DNA of 64,000 nt from contig OZ242348.1 in NCBI GenBank assembly GCA_965208625.1, positions 1,391,545 through 1,455,544 on the forward strand, in the 5' to 3' direction. Of the stretch, positions 29,460-38,931 are shown piece after piece (the first letter of the stretch is position 1; each line of letters begins with the position of its first letter). The notes below the pieces were generated by a model, which searched no databases, was not told where the DNA came from, and was given only the letters and a program-made list of their open reading frames with translations. The position numbers were made by a program, and so were the translations under genes. The DNA comes from Dehalococcoidia bacterium (lineage in GTDB: Bacteria > Chloroflexota > Dehalococcoidia > Lucifugimonadales > Australimonadaceae).

Positions 29460-30245
29460 CTACGACTCGTAGCCCAGGCGCTCCATCGTCTGGCCGTCCA
29501 AATCCGGCATCACGTACGGCGGACGCCGCTCCGCAGTGACCGAGACGTTGGGGTCCTCCAAATCGACGCCCATGAAGACCAGTTGCCGCGTCGCGATGTG
29601 CTCAACGCCCCCGCTGCCGAGCACGCGGAACGGGCGGTCGTGCCCCGGATAGATGACCTCCGCCTCCTTCAGCACGCGCTCAATGCTCCGCCGCGAGTCC
29701 TCCTCGCTCCAGAAGACGTTGGCGTTCACCTTCGTCAACGCTACCTGTGCGTTCGCCACGCCGTCGCCTGTGATAGCGACCGGCCCCTCGGACGTATCGA
29801 CGATGACGGCCATCGTGCCGGCGGAGTGTCCCGGCGTGTGCAGGATGCGCACCCCCTTCTCGATCTCGTAACCGTCCTCGACCTCTTTGAGGTTGGGGAT
29901 CGTATCGAGCATCGCGCTCGTCCAGAGCGGCGTGGCCCAGTCGTTCGGGTGAGGGTTGCGCGCGTACCGCCGCTCCCAATCGTGGATCAGCACCTCGGCG
30001 CTGTCGAGCACGTCGTAGTTCTGCGCATGGTCCCAGTGCGAATGCGTCATCACCGCGATATCGATGTCGGACGGCCCGAGACTGCGCTCCGACAGCGCCT
30101 CGAGGAGGGCACGCCGCCTCCCGACGTGGCCCGTGTCCACGACGATGTTGCGGTCGCCCCGGACCAGCAGCGTGCTGCAGTAGCCGATCGAGCCGTAGTT
30201 CGTGGCGATGGACTCTCCGTGCAGCAGTACGTCAACCGTCGGCAT
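29460..30245 (-). CDS. MBL-fold metallo-hydrolase
   Basis: 261 aa. HSHWDH metal-binding motif. Confidence 0.85.
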   Translation of the reverse strand: MPTVDVLLHGESIATNYGSIGYCSTLLVRGDRNIVVDTGHVGRRRALLEALSERSLGPSDIDIAVMTHSHWDHAQNYDVLDSAEVLIHDWERRYARNPHPNDWATPLWTSAMLDTIPNLKEVEDGYEIEKGVRILHTPGHSAGTMAVIVDTSEGPVAITGDGVANAQVALTKVNANVFWSEEDSRRSIERVLKEAEVIYPGHDRPFRVLGSGGVEHIATRQLVFMGVDLEDPNVSVTAERRPPYVMPDLDGQTMERLGYES

Positions 30246-30278
30246 GGCGTCTCCTTGGGGTATCTCCCGATCCTCAGC

Positions 30279-31373
30279 CTAGATCCCGTACAGCCTGCGG
30301 GGGTTGTGCAGCAAGATACGTTCCTTCTCCACCTCGTCCAACCGTTCGTCGGATTTGAAGACTGAGATGGCGTCCACCTCGCTGGACGGGTCGATGTGGC
30401 CGTAGTCCGTGCCGATCACCAGGCAGTTCTCGCCCGCGTAGCTGCGAACGTAAGGGAGGTCGTCGTCGGTCTGGCAGGTGACGTAGATCTTCGCGTCTCC
30501 GAAGGGGTCGGCTGACATCTCCCTGCCTCCAGCGCGCCACCGGTTGGCGATCTCGTGGTAGACCCAGGGCACCCAGGAGGCGGACGACTCGATGAACCCC
30601 CAGCGCAGGTTGGGGAACAGCGCCGGGATCTCGCTGTTGAGCAACGAGTGGCAGACCATCATCGTCGGGGCGCGGAAGAGCGCGAACGAGTTGGCGTTCT
30701 GGAAGATGGAGCCGAACAGTTGGCGGTACTGCGGGCTGGCATTCGCGATGTGCACCGCGATGGCCATGTCCAGCCGCTCCGCTTCCTCGAAGAAGGGGTA
30801 GAAGTAATTGTTGATGAGGTACTTGTCGCCGTCGAAGGGCCGCAGGCACACGGCGACGGCGCCGTTCTCTTTGGCGAACCGCATCTGCTCGATCGCCTCG
30901 TCCGGCAACAGCGACGGCACGACGCACGACCAGCGAAGCCTGCCGTCGGCCTGTTTCCAGATGTCCGCGAGCCACTTGTTCCAGCTCCGGCAGAGCGCCG
31001 CCTCGGCGTAGGGGTCGGGGCTGACCTGCTCTATCCAGAGCGTGTTGTGCAGCACCTGGACGTCGATGCCGAGGTGGTCCATCTCCCTGAGCCGGAGCTG
31101 CACGTCGTCGAGTTCGCGGGCTTCGCGCGGCGTATCCATACGGCGTCCCGCCGTCTCGGACATCGTGAGGAGTTGCTGCTCGGACAGCGACGGAAAGCGG
31201 AGTCCGCGTATCTTCTCCTCGATCACCCAGAACTCTTTGGTGGGAGCGGAGGGTGACGTGTAGAGGATGGGCCGGTACTTCTCCTCGGCGGGTTCGAGGT
31301 AGTCCCAGGTGCGCTCCGTCTCGCAGACGTGGGCGTCCGCATCGATGACCCGCAACTTCGTTTCGGTAGTCAT
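30279..31373 (-). CDS. amidohydrolase-2 family protein (ACMSD-like metal-dependent hydrolase/decarboxylase)
   Basis: 364 aa. VIDADAHV N-terminal metal motif and C-terminal GTDYGH. Confidence 0.85.
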   Translation of the reverse strand: MTTETKLRVIDADAHVCETERTWDYLEPAEEKYRPILYTSPSAPTKEFWVIEEKIRGLRFPSLSEQQLLTMSETAGRRMDTPREARELDDVQLRLREMDHLGIDVQVLHNTLWIEQVSPDPYAEAALCRSWNKWLADIWKQADGRLRWSCVVPSLLPDEAIEQMRFAKENGAVAVCLRPFDGDKYLINNYFYPFFEEAERLDMAIAVHIANASPQYRQLFGSIFQNANSFALFRAPTMMVCHSLLNSEIPALFPNLRWGFIESSASWVPWVYHEIANRWRAGGREMSADPFGDAKIYVTCQTDDDLPYVRSYAGENCLVIGTDYGHIDPSSEVDAISVFKSDERLDEVEKERILLHNPRRLYGI

Positions 31374-31708
31374 GGCTCACGCCTCCTGTTCCTGCAGTTG
31401 CGGCGCGAGCGTAGCAAAGCGGAGGGCACTCGTCCATCAGCCCGATCGAGCATGGCTCAGGCCCCGCCGCGACAGGAGCGCAACGCCTCCGTAGTCGTCG
31501 ACCTCCCGCACTCCCATCTCCCCGCACGCTTATCGCATTGAGGAGTGCGCTTCCGTGCCGGAGAATCGATTGCCAACAAAACCGCCTCCGGTCCGCCCAG
31601 TCCCTCACTGCGGACCCGGACAGGCGGCGCAGGGGCCTGAACAGCGCTTCCCTGCAAACATCCGAATACACACGATCCCGACGCGAGTTCCGTGTCCCCA
31701 GGAGCAGC

Positions 31709-34700
31709 GTGAGACATCTGATCGCATCCGTTCCCCACGTTTCGACCCGTATCCTCTTGCCGGCGTTCATGGCAGCAGCCTTCGCACTGCTTTTGATGTT
31801 GCCCGCCTTCGGCCAGGGGACCTTCCACCGCACGGACGGGAAGATCAGCGTCGGCGGACTGAGTGTCGGCGTGTTCGCCGGCATCGAGGACGCCCAGGTG
31901 GCCAAGAACCGGGAGACTACCTACCGGGAAGAGACGGTCTACGTGCCCGAAGACCCTCCGCCCACGGCGCCCACACTTGGGAGAGTTACTGGTTCGCATT
32001 CCACGATGGACACCGCCTATCTCGCGGATGGGCAAGCCGCGCCGCAACACACCTTCTTCAATCACGTGCTCTGGGTGTCCAACAACCCTGAGGCGTACAA
32101 CACCATCCTCATCACGGCTGTGAGCAACAGCAACGTCACCGAGAACGACGACGGCTGTATCGTCGCGACGGTACGGAACCCGCGGGCCAACAGTTCCATG
32201 GCGGTGCAGATGGCTCTCTCGACTTCAACCGGCCCACCGGGTGAGTTGAAGAGCTACTACCAGGCATTCGTGCGGGTCCTCGATTCGCAGGCAGTGGACG
32301 CGAACGAGGACCCGCTCTATACGTCGACCAAGAGCCCGGCGTGCGATGACTTCGACGCAGGTGTCGCCCAGGACGCCACCGCCTCGATCCTCGCGCGGCA
32401 CGACGACCGCCTCGTGATCAATGTCGCCGGTGTGGGAGAGGTGGCGGTGGAGGTGGACGGCGAGGGGCCGGACGTGACCGGCATCACGCCGGAAGACATC
32501 AGTTACCTGCGCTCCAGCAGCCTCCATTACTCGTTCGCCGTGCGCGACAGCGACGCAGGCCTGCGGCACGACGGTGAACTCGTGATTACCAAGGACGGCG
32601 ACTACACGGAGGTGAACGCGGACGACGACCACGCCACGACCGGCGAGCCGCTCTCGACGTCCTCCGGCGGGCAGATCAGCGTGAACGGCGAGGCCGCGGA
32701 GATAGATCTGAATGTGTGGGCCGAGGAGGCTGACGCCAACTCCGCGGACGACATCACGGGGACGGGGAGGTGGACGCTCCTGGGCGACCGCCCGGGCGTG
32801 GCGTACTCGTTCTCGGCGGACGGCGGCAGCATGGATGAGGGCGCGTATTTCGTGGAGATAACGGCCTTCGACCGCGCCGGCAACCGGACGGTGAGCGAAG
32901 CGCCGGACGACAAATACCCGGGTCCGCACGCCTTCACCGTGGACGACACGGACCCGGCCACCGTCCAGTCGTGGACCGGCATCACTTACGACCCGGACCT
33001 CGCGATGATGGACAAGGTCGTAGGCGGGGAGGTCGCCGACCGTTCATGGATCATGGTGGATTTCACCGAACCGCTCCGCGCGGGGATCAAGCCCGAGCGG
33101 GTCAGGGTCGCCGGCCATGAGGTGGTCAGCGTTTACCAGCCGAACTACGCGCCGCCGTTCATGAGGACCCTCCTGGGCGGCATGAACATGGCTCCGGCGG
33201 GGGCGCCCCGGCTGACGTTCGCGCCGCCCGCGCCCCGCGCCGCGGCCTCGCTCGCGCCCCAGGCGCAGACGTGCACGGACACCTCGGACGACAGGATAAC
33301 CGGCCTCAGTTTCGACTACGACGAGACCACAGGTGACACCACGATCTCCTGGGACCGGCTCAGCAACGCCGACTGCGACGGCTACCGGCTGGCCATCCTC
33401 TCGGGGCGGACGGTGCTGTTCGTCGCGGACCCGGAGCGCCCGACTTCCGGGACGACAGTGTCCTTCAGCATACCGAGGGCGTCCGAACTGGGGCGGGATA
33501 TCGAGGCTGACATCGGGGACGCGGACGGAGACGATCTGACCATCCTCGTCGCACTGCCATACGCCTCCGTAGGCGCGCATACCGACAAGTTCGGGCGCAG
33601 GAAGGCGACCGCGGTCGTGGACCTCGCCAGCCTGACAGCACCGCAGACGGACGTGAGCGTCGACGTGATCGCACCGTTCCTGCTGCACCCGGCGTCGGCG
33701 CCCGCGGTGCTGCCGGCGATCGCGGCGAACGACGTCTCGCTCCTGTGCAGGTTCACGACCGGGACCCCCTCCAACGATGAAGTCGTGTTCTCCTTCACGC
33801 ACACACCGTTGACGGTCGGCGGATGGGAGCTCGTGGGGTACTACCGGCAGCTTTTCTACCCGCCGGTCGACAGCGACAACGATCCGCCGGAATACAGCGC
33901 CGATAAGTTGGACCGTCTCTTCGACTACACGGCGGTCGGGACGGACGGCTGGGAGACGAGCGTCAGTTTCCAGGGCTACTACGACGCGAGCCCGGAGGTG
34001 TACAACGCCAAGGGGGAGGTCGTGGGGGTGTACAAGAAGGATGGCAGGACGCTCGCGGGCGCAGTGCGGACCGTTGGGTGCACCGGCAGTAGGATCACCA
34101 ACTCGAACGTGGACAGGAGCCCGCCACTGCTCTGGACGGCAGAGGTCGGCGGCACGACGCTCAGGCTGACGTACAACGAGGGGCTGGACGGGGGGTCGAC
34201 GCCGTCCGAGAGTGCGTTCGACGTCCAGGTGGAGGGCGCGCAGCGCACGGTCAGCGACGTGTCGGTGCATGGCAGGCAGGTGACGCTCAAGCTGGGTTCG
34301 CCGGTCACGGCCGGGAATCGCGTTACGGTCAGCTACACGAAGCCTGGCACGAACCCGATCCAGGACGTCGCCGAGAACGACGCGTTCAGCTTCCGGCTCT
34401 GGCCCGTCTCGAACGCACTGGGAAGGGGAGACGCCGCCGCCGATGGCGTCGACATAACGGGCCTCACGCACGAAGAGGCGCTGGCGGAGGCGGGATACTG
34501 GCCGATAGACATCAACGGCGAACGCATTGAGGACACGCGCACGCGCATCTACATCGAACTGGCGGACGAGCTGCGGGCAGACGAGACGCCGGAGGTGACG
34601 ATCTTCGCCGGCGGCGCGCTCGACCTCGCGGGCAACGCGAGCGCCACCGAGGCCATCACGCCGCGGGACGGCATCGCGCCGCGCTTCACCGTCACCGTGA

Positions 34701-36115
34701 CGGCCACCGCGCAGGACCGTCCGGTCGCGAACGCACGCGGCGAGTTCGTCGTGGACGTGCGCGCGGACGAGGACCTGCGTCGGCGCCCAACGGTCTACTT
34801 CACCGGCATCGCGGCCGGGAAGGTGACGGTGAACGGCGCCGACGCTTACGGCTACGACATCGGCGAGCTCCAGGCAGGCCGCACGCTCACCGCACAGGAG
34901 GACGACGCCCACTGGGCCGGGACGTATCCGGCGTCGGGCCTGACCGGGATCGGAGAGCTGCTCGGGCTTGTGGTGTACGGGTTCGACTACGAGGACAACA
35001 TCGGCGAGTCGGGCGGCTGGAAGCCGCCCAGGCACCAGCGGACAGTGGAGATCGGCCCGCCCCTGCCGAACCACGACCTGGACCTCTCGAAGATGCATGA
35101 GGCAGGAGTGCTGCTGGAGATAGACGAGGAGTTCAACGGCGGCGCAACGCCTGAGGTCGCCCTGAACCCAACGCGGAGGCAGCGGAACGACGAGACGGAG
35201 AGTCCCGCCCCGATCATCAGCATCAGCTTCGCGGCGGAGGAGGCCGAGTACGCGGTCTGCCCCGTGGACGGCTGCGGCGACCCCAACCCGGACGCCGAGT
35301 TCTTCGACTCCCACGCCGGGGTGACCATCGCGGCGATCACGCTTGACGACAACGACGCGCTGGGGCAGCTCACACGGGTGAATGCCTCGAAGTTCGCGCT
35401 CCTCGCCAGCGACCTGGCGCTGGGAGAGCACGAGGTCGAGTACATGGCGCTCGACGACGCGGGCAACGTGGCCACGTTCGAGTTCACGTTCTCGGTGGTC
35501 GAGCGGGAGCCGTACAAGTTGGACGTGCTGCCTGGTTGGAACCTCATCTCCTTCCCCGGCACGCCCGAGGACCCGTCGCTGGGCGCCGTGATCCCGTCCG
35601 GCGCGCGCGTCTCGCCCGTGCTGGCGTACCAGGACGGGGACTGGCTGACCGCGGTGGTGAATGAGGAAGGCGAGTGGGGCGGCAACCTGACGCGGTTCGA
35701 GGCGGGGTTCGGCTACTGGCTGTTCACGACGACGTACGCGACGCTCGCCCCGCTGATCCCGGAGCATGAGCAGTCGACAACGCCGCCGACCGCGCCGGTG
35801 CGGCACGGCTGGAACCTGCTGGGGGTGATAGACATCTTCGAGAACCCGGCGGGCACGCCTCCGGGCCCGAACGGCGGCGACGGCGAGGCCGACCATTACT
35901 TCGGCAGCATCCCGTGGCGCATCGCCTATGCCTACGACACGGTGCACAGCCTGTGGGTGCGGAGCATCCCGAGCGCAGACAGGGCTGCTCCCGAGGGGAC
36001 GAGTACGGACGCACGCGGGTTCCGCCTGGTGGACGGTGAGGTCGTCACGCAGGAGGTCTTGAACGGCAAGGGCTACTGGGTGTGGTCGGCGGAGCCGGGC
36101 ACGCTGGTGCCGTAG
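31709..36115 (+). CDS. very large secreted repeat protein with Ig-like/SwmB-type domains (candidate surface-layer or adhesin protein)
   Basis: The ORF is open from 31538. GTG 31709 (AGGAG 4 nt upstream) gives the signal peptide ...ILLPAFMAAAFALLLMLPAFG-QG. LTYNEGLDGGSTPSESAFDVQV...VTVSYTKPGTNPIQDVAEND is an Ig-like repeat signature. No LPXTG and no C-terminal TM. Confidence 0.8.
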   Translation: MRHLIASVPHVSTRILLPAFMAAAFALLLMLPAFGQGTFHRTDGKISVGGLSVGVFAGIEDAQVAKNRETTYREETVYVPEDPPPTAPTLGRVTGSHSTMDTAYLADGQAAPQHTFFNHVLWVSNNPEAYNTILITAVSNSNVTENDDGCIVATVRNPRANSSMAVQMALSTSTGPPGELKSYYQAFVRVLDSQAVDANEDPLYTSTKSPACDDFDAGVAQDATASILARHDDRLVINVAGVGEVAVEVDGEGPDVTGITPEDISYLRSSSLHYSFAVRDSDAGLRHDGELVITKDGDYTEVNADDDHATTGEPLSTSSGGQISVNGEAAEIDLNVWAEEADANSADDITGTGRWTLLGDRPGVAYSFSADGGSMDEGAYFVEITAFDRAGNRTVSEAPDDKYPGPHAFTVDDTDPATVQSWTGITYDPDLAMMDKVVGGEVADRSWIMVDFTEPLRAGIKPERVRVAGHEVVSVYQPNYAPPFMRTLLGGMNMAPAGAPRLTFAPPAPRAAASLAPQAQTCTDTSDDRITGLSFDYDETTGDTTISWDRLSNADCDGYRLAILSGRTVLFVADPERPTSGTTVSFSIPRASELGRDIEADIGDADGDDLTILVALPYASVGAHTDKFGRRKATAVVDLASLTAPQTDVSVDVIAPFLLHPASAPAVLPAIAANDVSLLCRFTTGTPSNDEVVFSFTHTPLTVGGWELVGYYRQLFYPPVDSDNDPPEYSADKLDRLFDYTAVGTDGWETSVSFQGYYDASPEVYNAKGEVVGVYKKDGRTLAGAVRTVGCTGSRITNSNVDRSPPLLWTAEVGGTTLRLTYNEGLDGGSTPSESAFDVQVEGAQRTVSDVSVHGRQVTLKLGSPVTAGNRVTVSYTKPGTNPIQDVAENDAFSFRLWPVSNALGRGDAAADGVDITGLTHEEALAEAGYWPIDINGERIEDTRTRIYIELADELRADETPEVTIFAGGALDLAGNASATEAITPRDGIAPRFTVTVTATAQDRPVANARGEFVVDVRADEDLRRRPTVYFTGIAAGKVTVNGADAYGYDIGELQAGRTLTAQEDDAHWAGTYPASGLTGIGELLGLVVYGFDYEDNIGESGGWKPPRHQRTVEIGPPLPNHDLDLSKMHEAGVLLEIDEEFNGGATPEVALNPTRRQRNDETESPAPIISISFAAEEAEYAVCPVDGCGDPNPDAEFFDSHAGVTIAAITLDDNDALGQLTRVNASKFALLASDLALGEHEVEYMALDDAGNVATFEFTFSVVEREPYKLDVLPGWNLISFPGTPEDPSLGAVIPSGARVSPVLAYQDGDWLTAVVNEEGEWGGNLTRFEAGFGYWLFTTTYATLAPLIPEHEQSTTPPTAPVRHGWNLLGVIDIFENPAGTPPGPNGGDGEADHYFGSIPWRIAYAYDTVHSLWVRSIPSADRAAPEGTSTDARGFRLVDGEVVTQEVLNGKGYWVWSAEPGTLVP

Positions 36116-36354
36116 GGGGCGGGGGTTGTCAGGGACGGGCGCGCCTGCGCTGCTTGGTGGGGATGCCTCACCCCCGGAGCATCCTCACCGTGAGGTAAAG
36201 CGCGTTACCTCTTCCTTGTACGGAGAGGTGTCCGACCCCCTTCTCCCCTCGGGAAGTGCATGGACCTTCTCTATGCGTGTCGCTTCGGACCTCGTGTTGA
36301 AGGTGACCAGGTCGGTGAAGCTGCCTCCAACGTCGACCCCGATGCGCCAGTCGC

Positions 36355-37431
36355 TCAAGCGGTCCCCCAGGCGCCGCCGTAGAACCGCACCGCGTTCCGG
36401 TACAGGATGTCCTCCTTGGCGCTCTCGGAGACCGCCTCGTTCTCGAGCAGTTCGTCGATCTCGGCGCGGATGGTGTCGATGTTCACCTCGTGCGGGAAGT
36501 CGCTGGAGAAGACGAACGCGCCGCTTCCGTACTTGTCGATCGCGTTCGCCAGCATAGGCTCGTCGCCCTCGATACCGACGAACAGCCGTCCCGCGTCGAC
36601 CAGGCGCTGGATATACGCCTCGACGTTGTCTCCCTCATCGATCTGCAGGAAGCGGCGTTGCGGGTTGACCGGCGTGAACGCGTCGTACGCGCCGGAGCAA
36701 CGCTCGATCACCATGAGGAACCAGCCGAGCCCGCCTTCCAGGAAACCGAACCGCGCATTGGGGAAGCGATCGAAGATGCCGGTGAAGAGCATGTCCGTGA
36801 AGGCGATGCTGATGGCGAAGGAGTGGCCGAGCGCGTGGACGCCCGCGAACGGCGTCATGCCGTCCAGTCCCATCGCGTGGTGTGCGCCGGCGTGGATGCC
36901 AAGTACACAGCCGAGCCGGTCAGCCTCCTCGTAGACGGGCCAGAACTTCCTGTTGCCGAGCAGCGCCTGCAGCCCGGTGCCAGGCACCATCGCGCCGACG
37001 AAACCCAGCTCGGTGACGGCGCGGCGCAACTCGTCGACCGCCGCGTCCGGGTCCTGCATCGGCACGAGGGCCGCCGCCTTCACGCGCTCGTCCCTGCTGA
37101 GGTAGTCGTCGTACAGCCAGTCGTTGTACGCCCTTGCCGTCGCTATCGCGAGGTCGGGGTCGAGGATCTTGCCGAAGGACAGCCCGCGCGTCGGGTAAAC
37201 GACCGTGCCGTCGATGTGCGCGGAATCGAGGAAGTTGCCCCAGCCGGCGACGCCGCCGGGGTCCCGGAACGCGCCGTCGGGATAGCGGTGCGACTGGTGG
37301 TGCAAGTGGTCCGGCGCGGGGAACGGGCCCACGCCCCTGACGGCGTTCCCGCCGAGCAGTTCCGGGGGGATGCGCTCCATGATCGCCTTCACGTCTTCAA
37401 TGACATGCCCATCGCCGTCGAGTATCCGCAT
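36355..37431 (-). CDS. amidohydrolase-2 family protein
   Basis: ATG 37431 (MRILDGDGHVIED). SSDFPHE near the C-terminus. Confidence 0.85.
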   Translation of the reverse strand: MRILDGDGHVIEDVKAIMERIPPELLGGNAVRGVGPFPAPDHLHHQSHRYPDGAFRDPGGVAGWGNFLDSAHIDGTVVYPTRGLSFGKILDPDLAIATARAYNDWLYDDYLSRDERVKAAALVPMQDPDAAVDELRRAVTELGFVGAMVPGTGLQALLGNRKFWPVYEEADRLGCVLGIHAGAHHAMGLDGMTPFAGVHALGHSFAISIAFTDMLFTGIFDRFPNARFGFLEGGLGWFLMVIERCSGAYDAFTPVNPQRRFLQIDEGDNVEAYIQRLVDAGRLFVGIEGDEPMLANAIDKYGSGAFVFSSDFPHEVNIDTIRAEIDELLENEAVSESAKEDILYRNAVRFYGGAWGTA

Positions 37432-37468
37432 GGCGTATTCCTTTCTCCGCGCGAGGGGGGCGAACCCC

Positions 37469-37617
37469 GAACAAGATTCCAACGGCCCTCGTATTTTGAA
37501 ATCTTGTTCAGCATTTACGAGTGCGGGGGGAGGGCGAAATGAGTACCTTGATCTCCTTGTTATGGGGTGTTTTCAAGGCCGTGGCCTGCTTCCCGCGATC
37601 AAGGCATCAAGATTTCA
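37469..37617 (-). promoter_or_regulatory. 5' leader with three segments capable of mutually exclusive pairing
   Basis: 37497-37509 (TGAAATCTTGTTC on plus) can pair with either 37469-37478 (GAACAAGATT, 10 bp) or 37608-37617 (CAAGATTTCA, 10 bp). A nested CCTTGATC/GATCAAGG pair lies at 37546/37597. Confidence 0.4.
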
Positions 37618-37645
37618 TCGGTTTTAACTTTTCGCCTCCGCTGTC

Positions 37646-37692
37646 ATAGGTATTTCCTATAGCTGCGCGGATCTGCCATAGACCCTGTCTAT
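37646..37692. promoter_or_regulatory. two 15-bp palindromes, ATAGG-TATTT-CCTAT and ATAGAC-CCT-GTCTAT (operator-like pair)
   Basis: Read directly at 37646-37660 and 37678-37692. Both share ATAG...CTAT outer half-sites and their centres are 32 bp apart. Confidence 0.45.
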
Positions 37693-37734
37693 AGGAGGAA
37701 CAGGCGGCCTGCACATGGGCGCAGCATAGCGGAT

Positions 37735-37860
37735 GCGGGGGTGATGGCGTAAGCGGCGGGTGTCACTGCATGGGCTGCCCCACGCCAGGGCGAGCTTTCG
37801 CGCCAAGGCGCGTGCCTCCGCAGGAACGCCCCGGAGCCTTGTCAGGCCGCGTACGCGGTG
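37735..37860. repeat. cluster of G+C-rich hairpin modules (inverted relative to other clusters)
   Basis: The reverse complement contains GTTCCTGCGGAGGCA, GCGCCTTGGCGCGAAAGC, GTGGGGCAGCCCATGCAGTGACACCC and CGGCCTGACAAGGCTCCGG. The last matches 12596-12611. Confidence 0.7.
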
Positions 37861-38035
37861 ACGGATAAACCCCGTGAACTCGCCACGTGGGTTCCGGAGT
37901 TGCTGTAGCAGGGGCGTCGCCTCGGCGCAGGCGGCAAACACTCGGAGAGTCAGGATGCAGGCGAATGTCTCACAGGGGACGGCGTAGGAGCAACAGCGCC
38001 AGCCGACCCGCTACCGAAAGGTCCAGGCGGGGACG

Positions 38036-38833
38036 CTACTCGTCCGTGATATCGATCCAGACGCCGTCCGTATCCGCAATCTGGAGCTTCCCGCGAGCGC
38101 CTGACTCGAACAGCCGCCGCCTGACGTCGGATTCGGCGCTGCCGCCCAGGGCAACCGGCGCCAGCAACGTGTTCCCTCCCGTCAGCCGTGCCAAGTCCGA
38201 TCTGAAGGTTCCCAGGTCGCCCACATGAACCCGAAGTGTTCCGGTCCAGGCCGTTTTGATCGCCATGCCTTCGAAATATGTCATGCTCCAAGGGAGGACG
38301 CGCAGCATCACCCGGCCGTCGGAGAGCGTATATCCAAGGTCATCGGGGTCCTGCTTGACGGGCGCAAGCTCGAAGACCTCCTGGTAGTAGTCAGCGACGC
38401 GGTCCGCATGCGGCGTTCGGACCGCATAGAGGTTGACCCACCGGTCCTGCTCCCGGGCGTCTTCGGCGTAGACCTCCTTCAGGTTCTCGCTGTGCGCTTC
38501 CGCCAGGTCGAAGTGGTTGCCGTCGGGGTCGTTGGCGCTATAGGCGGCGAACGGCCGGCTGGACGGCCGCTTGACCATGGCGGCGTCCTCGTACGCCCTC
38601 ATCCGCGTCTCGACGGCCCCCAGATCGTCTACGAGGATGCCAAAGTGATCGAGTCCCGCGATGTAGCCGTCGCGCCGCGGCAGTATCTGCAGGCCTACGT
38701 TTCCGTCGGTGTGCGAAACGGCCGATTCGGGGGGGCTGGAGCCAGGCTTCATGCCGAACAGGGACTCGTAGAACTTGCCGAGCATGGCGTACTGAGGGCT
38801 GATGATGGCGATGTGGTTGATACGTGCGAACAT
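38036..38833 (-). CDS. VOC-family (glyoxalase/bleomycin resistance/extradiol dioxygenase) two-domain protein
   Basis: 265 aa. INHIAI...FYESLFGM and LDHFGILVDDL motifs. Confidence 0.8.
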   Translation of the reverse strand: MFARINHIAIISPQYAMLGKFYESLFGMKPGSSPPESAVSHTDGNVGLQILPRRDGYIAGLDHFGILVDDLGAVETRMRAYEDAAMVKRPSSRPFAAYSANDPDGNHFDLAEAHSENLKEVYAEDAREQDRWVNLYAVRTPHADRVADYYQEVFELAPVKQDPDDLGYTLSDGRVMLRVLPWSMTYFEGMAIKTAWTGTLRVHVGDLGTFRSDLARLTGGNTLLAPVALGGSAESDVRRRLFESGARGKLQIADTDGVWIDITDE

Positions 38834-38931
38834 GCTGTCCCCTCCTGATTCCGACCCATTGCGCCCTGTGGGACTACGTGCGCGAGCGTATCACGCGTCT
38901 TCAGAAAGTGGGCGTGTGCTACGCTCATGCC

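Noticed and set aside
33044-35947. 967-aa ORF on the minus strand
   Set aside because: It is antisense to the giant secreted-protein gene. It has an Arg/Gly/Pro/Asp-rich composition with no motifs, as expected for open antisense frames in G+C-rich DNA. The plus-strand frame has a signal peptide and domain signatures.
36126-36557. 143-aa plus-strand ORF after the giant gene
   Set aside because: It starts in hairpin-repeat DNA and then runs antisense to the amidohydrolase gene. The product is Arg/Ser/Pro-rich.
38005-38035. RNase P RNA-like string CCGAAAGGTCCAGGCGGGG
   Set aside because: It does not match GAGGAAAGUCCGGGC. No ACAGAAxCCGGCUUA-type partner or P4 pairing was found, and the segment abuts the 3' end of the VOC gene.
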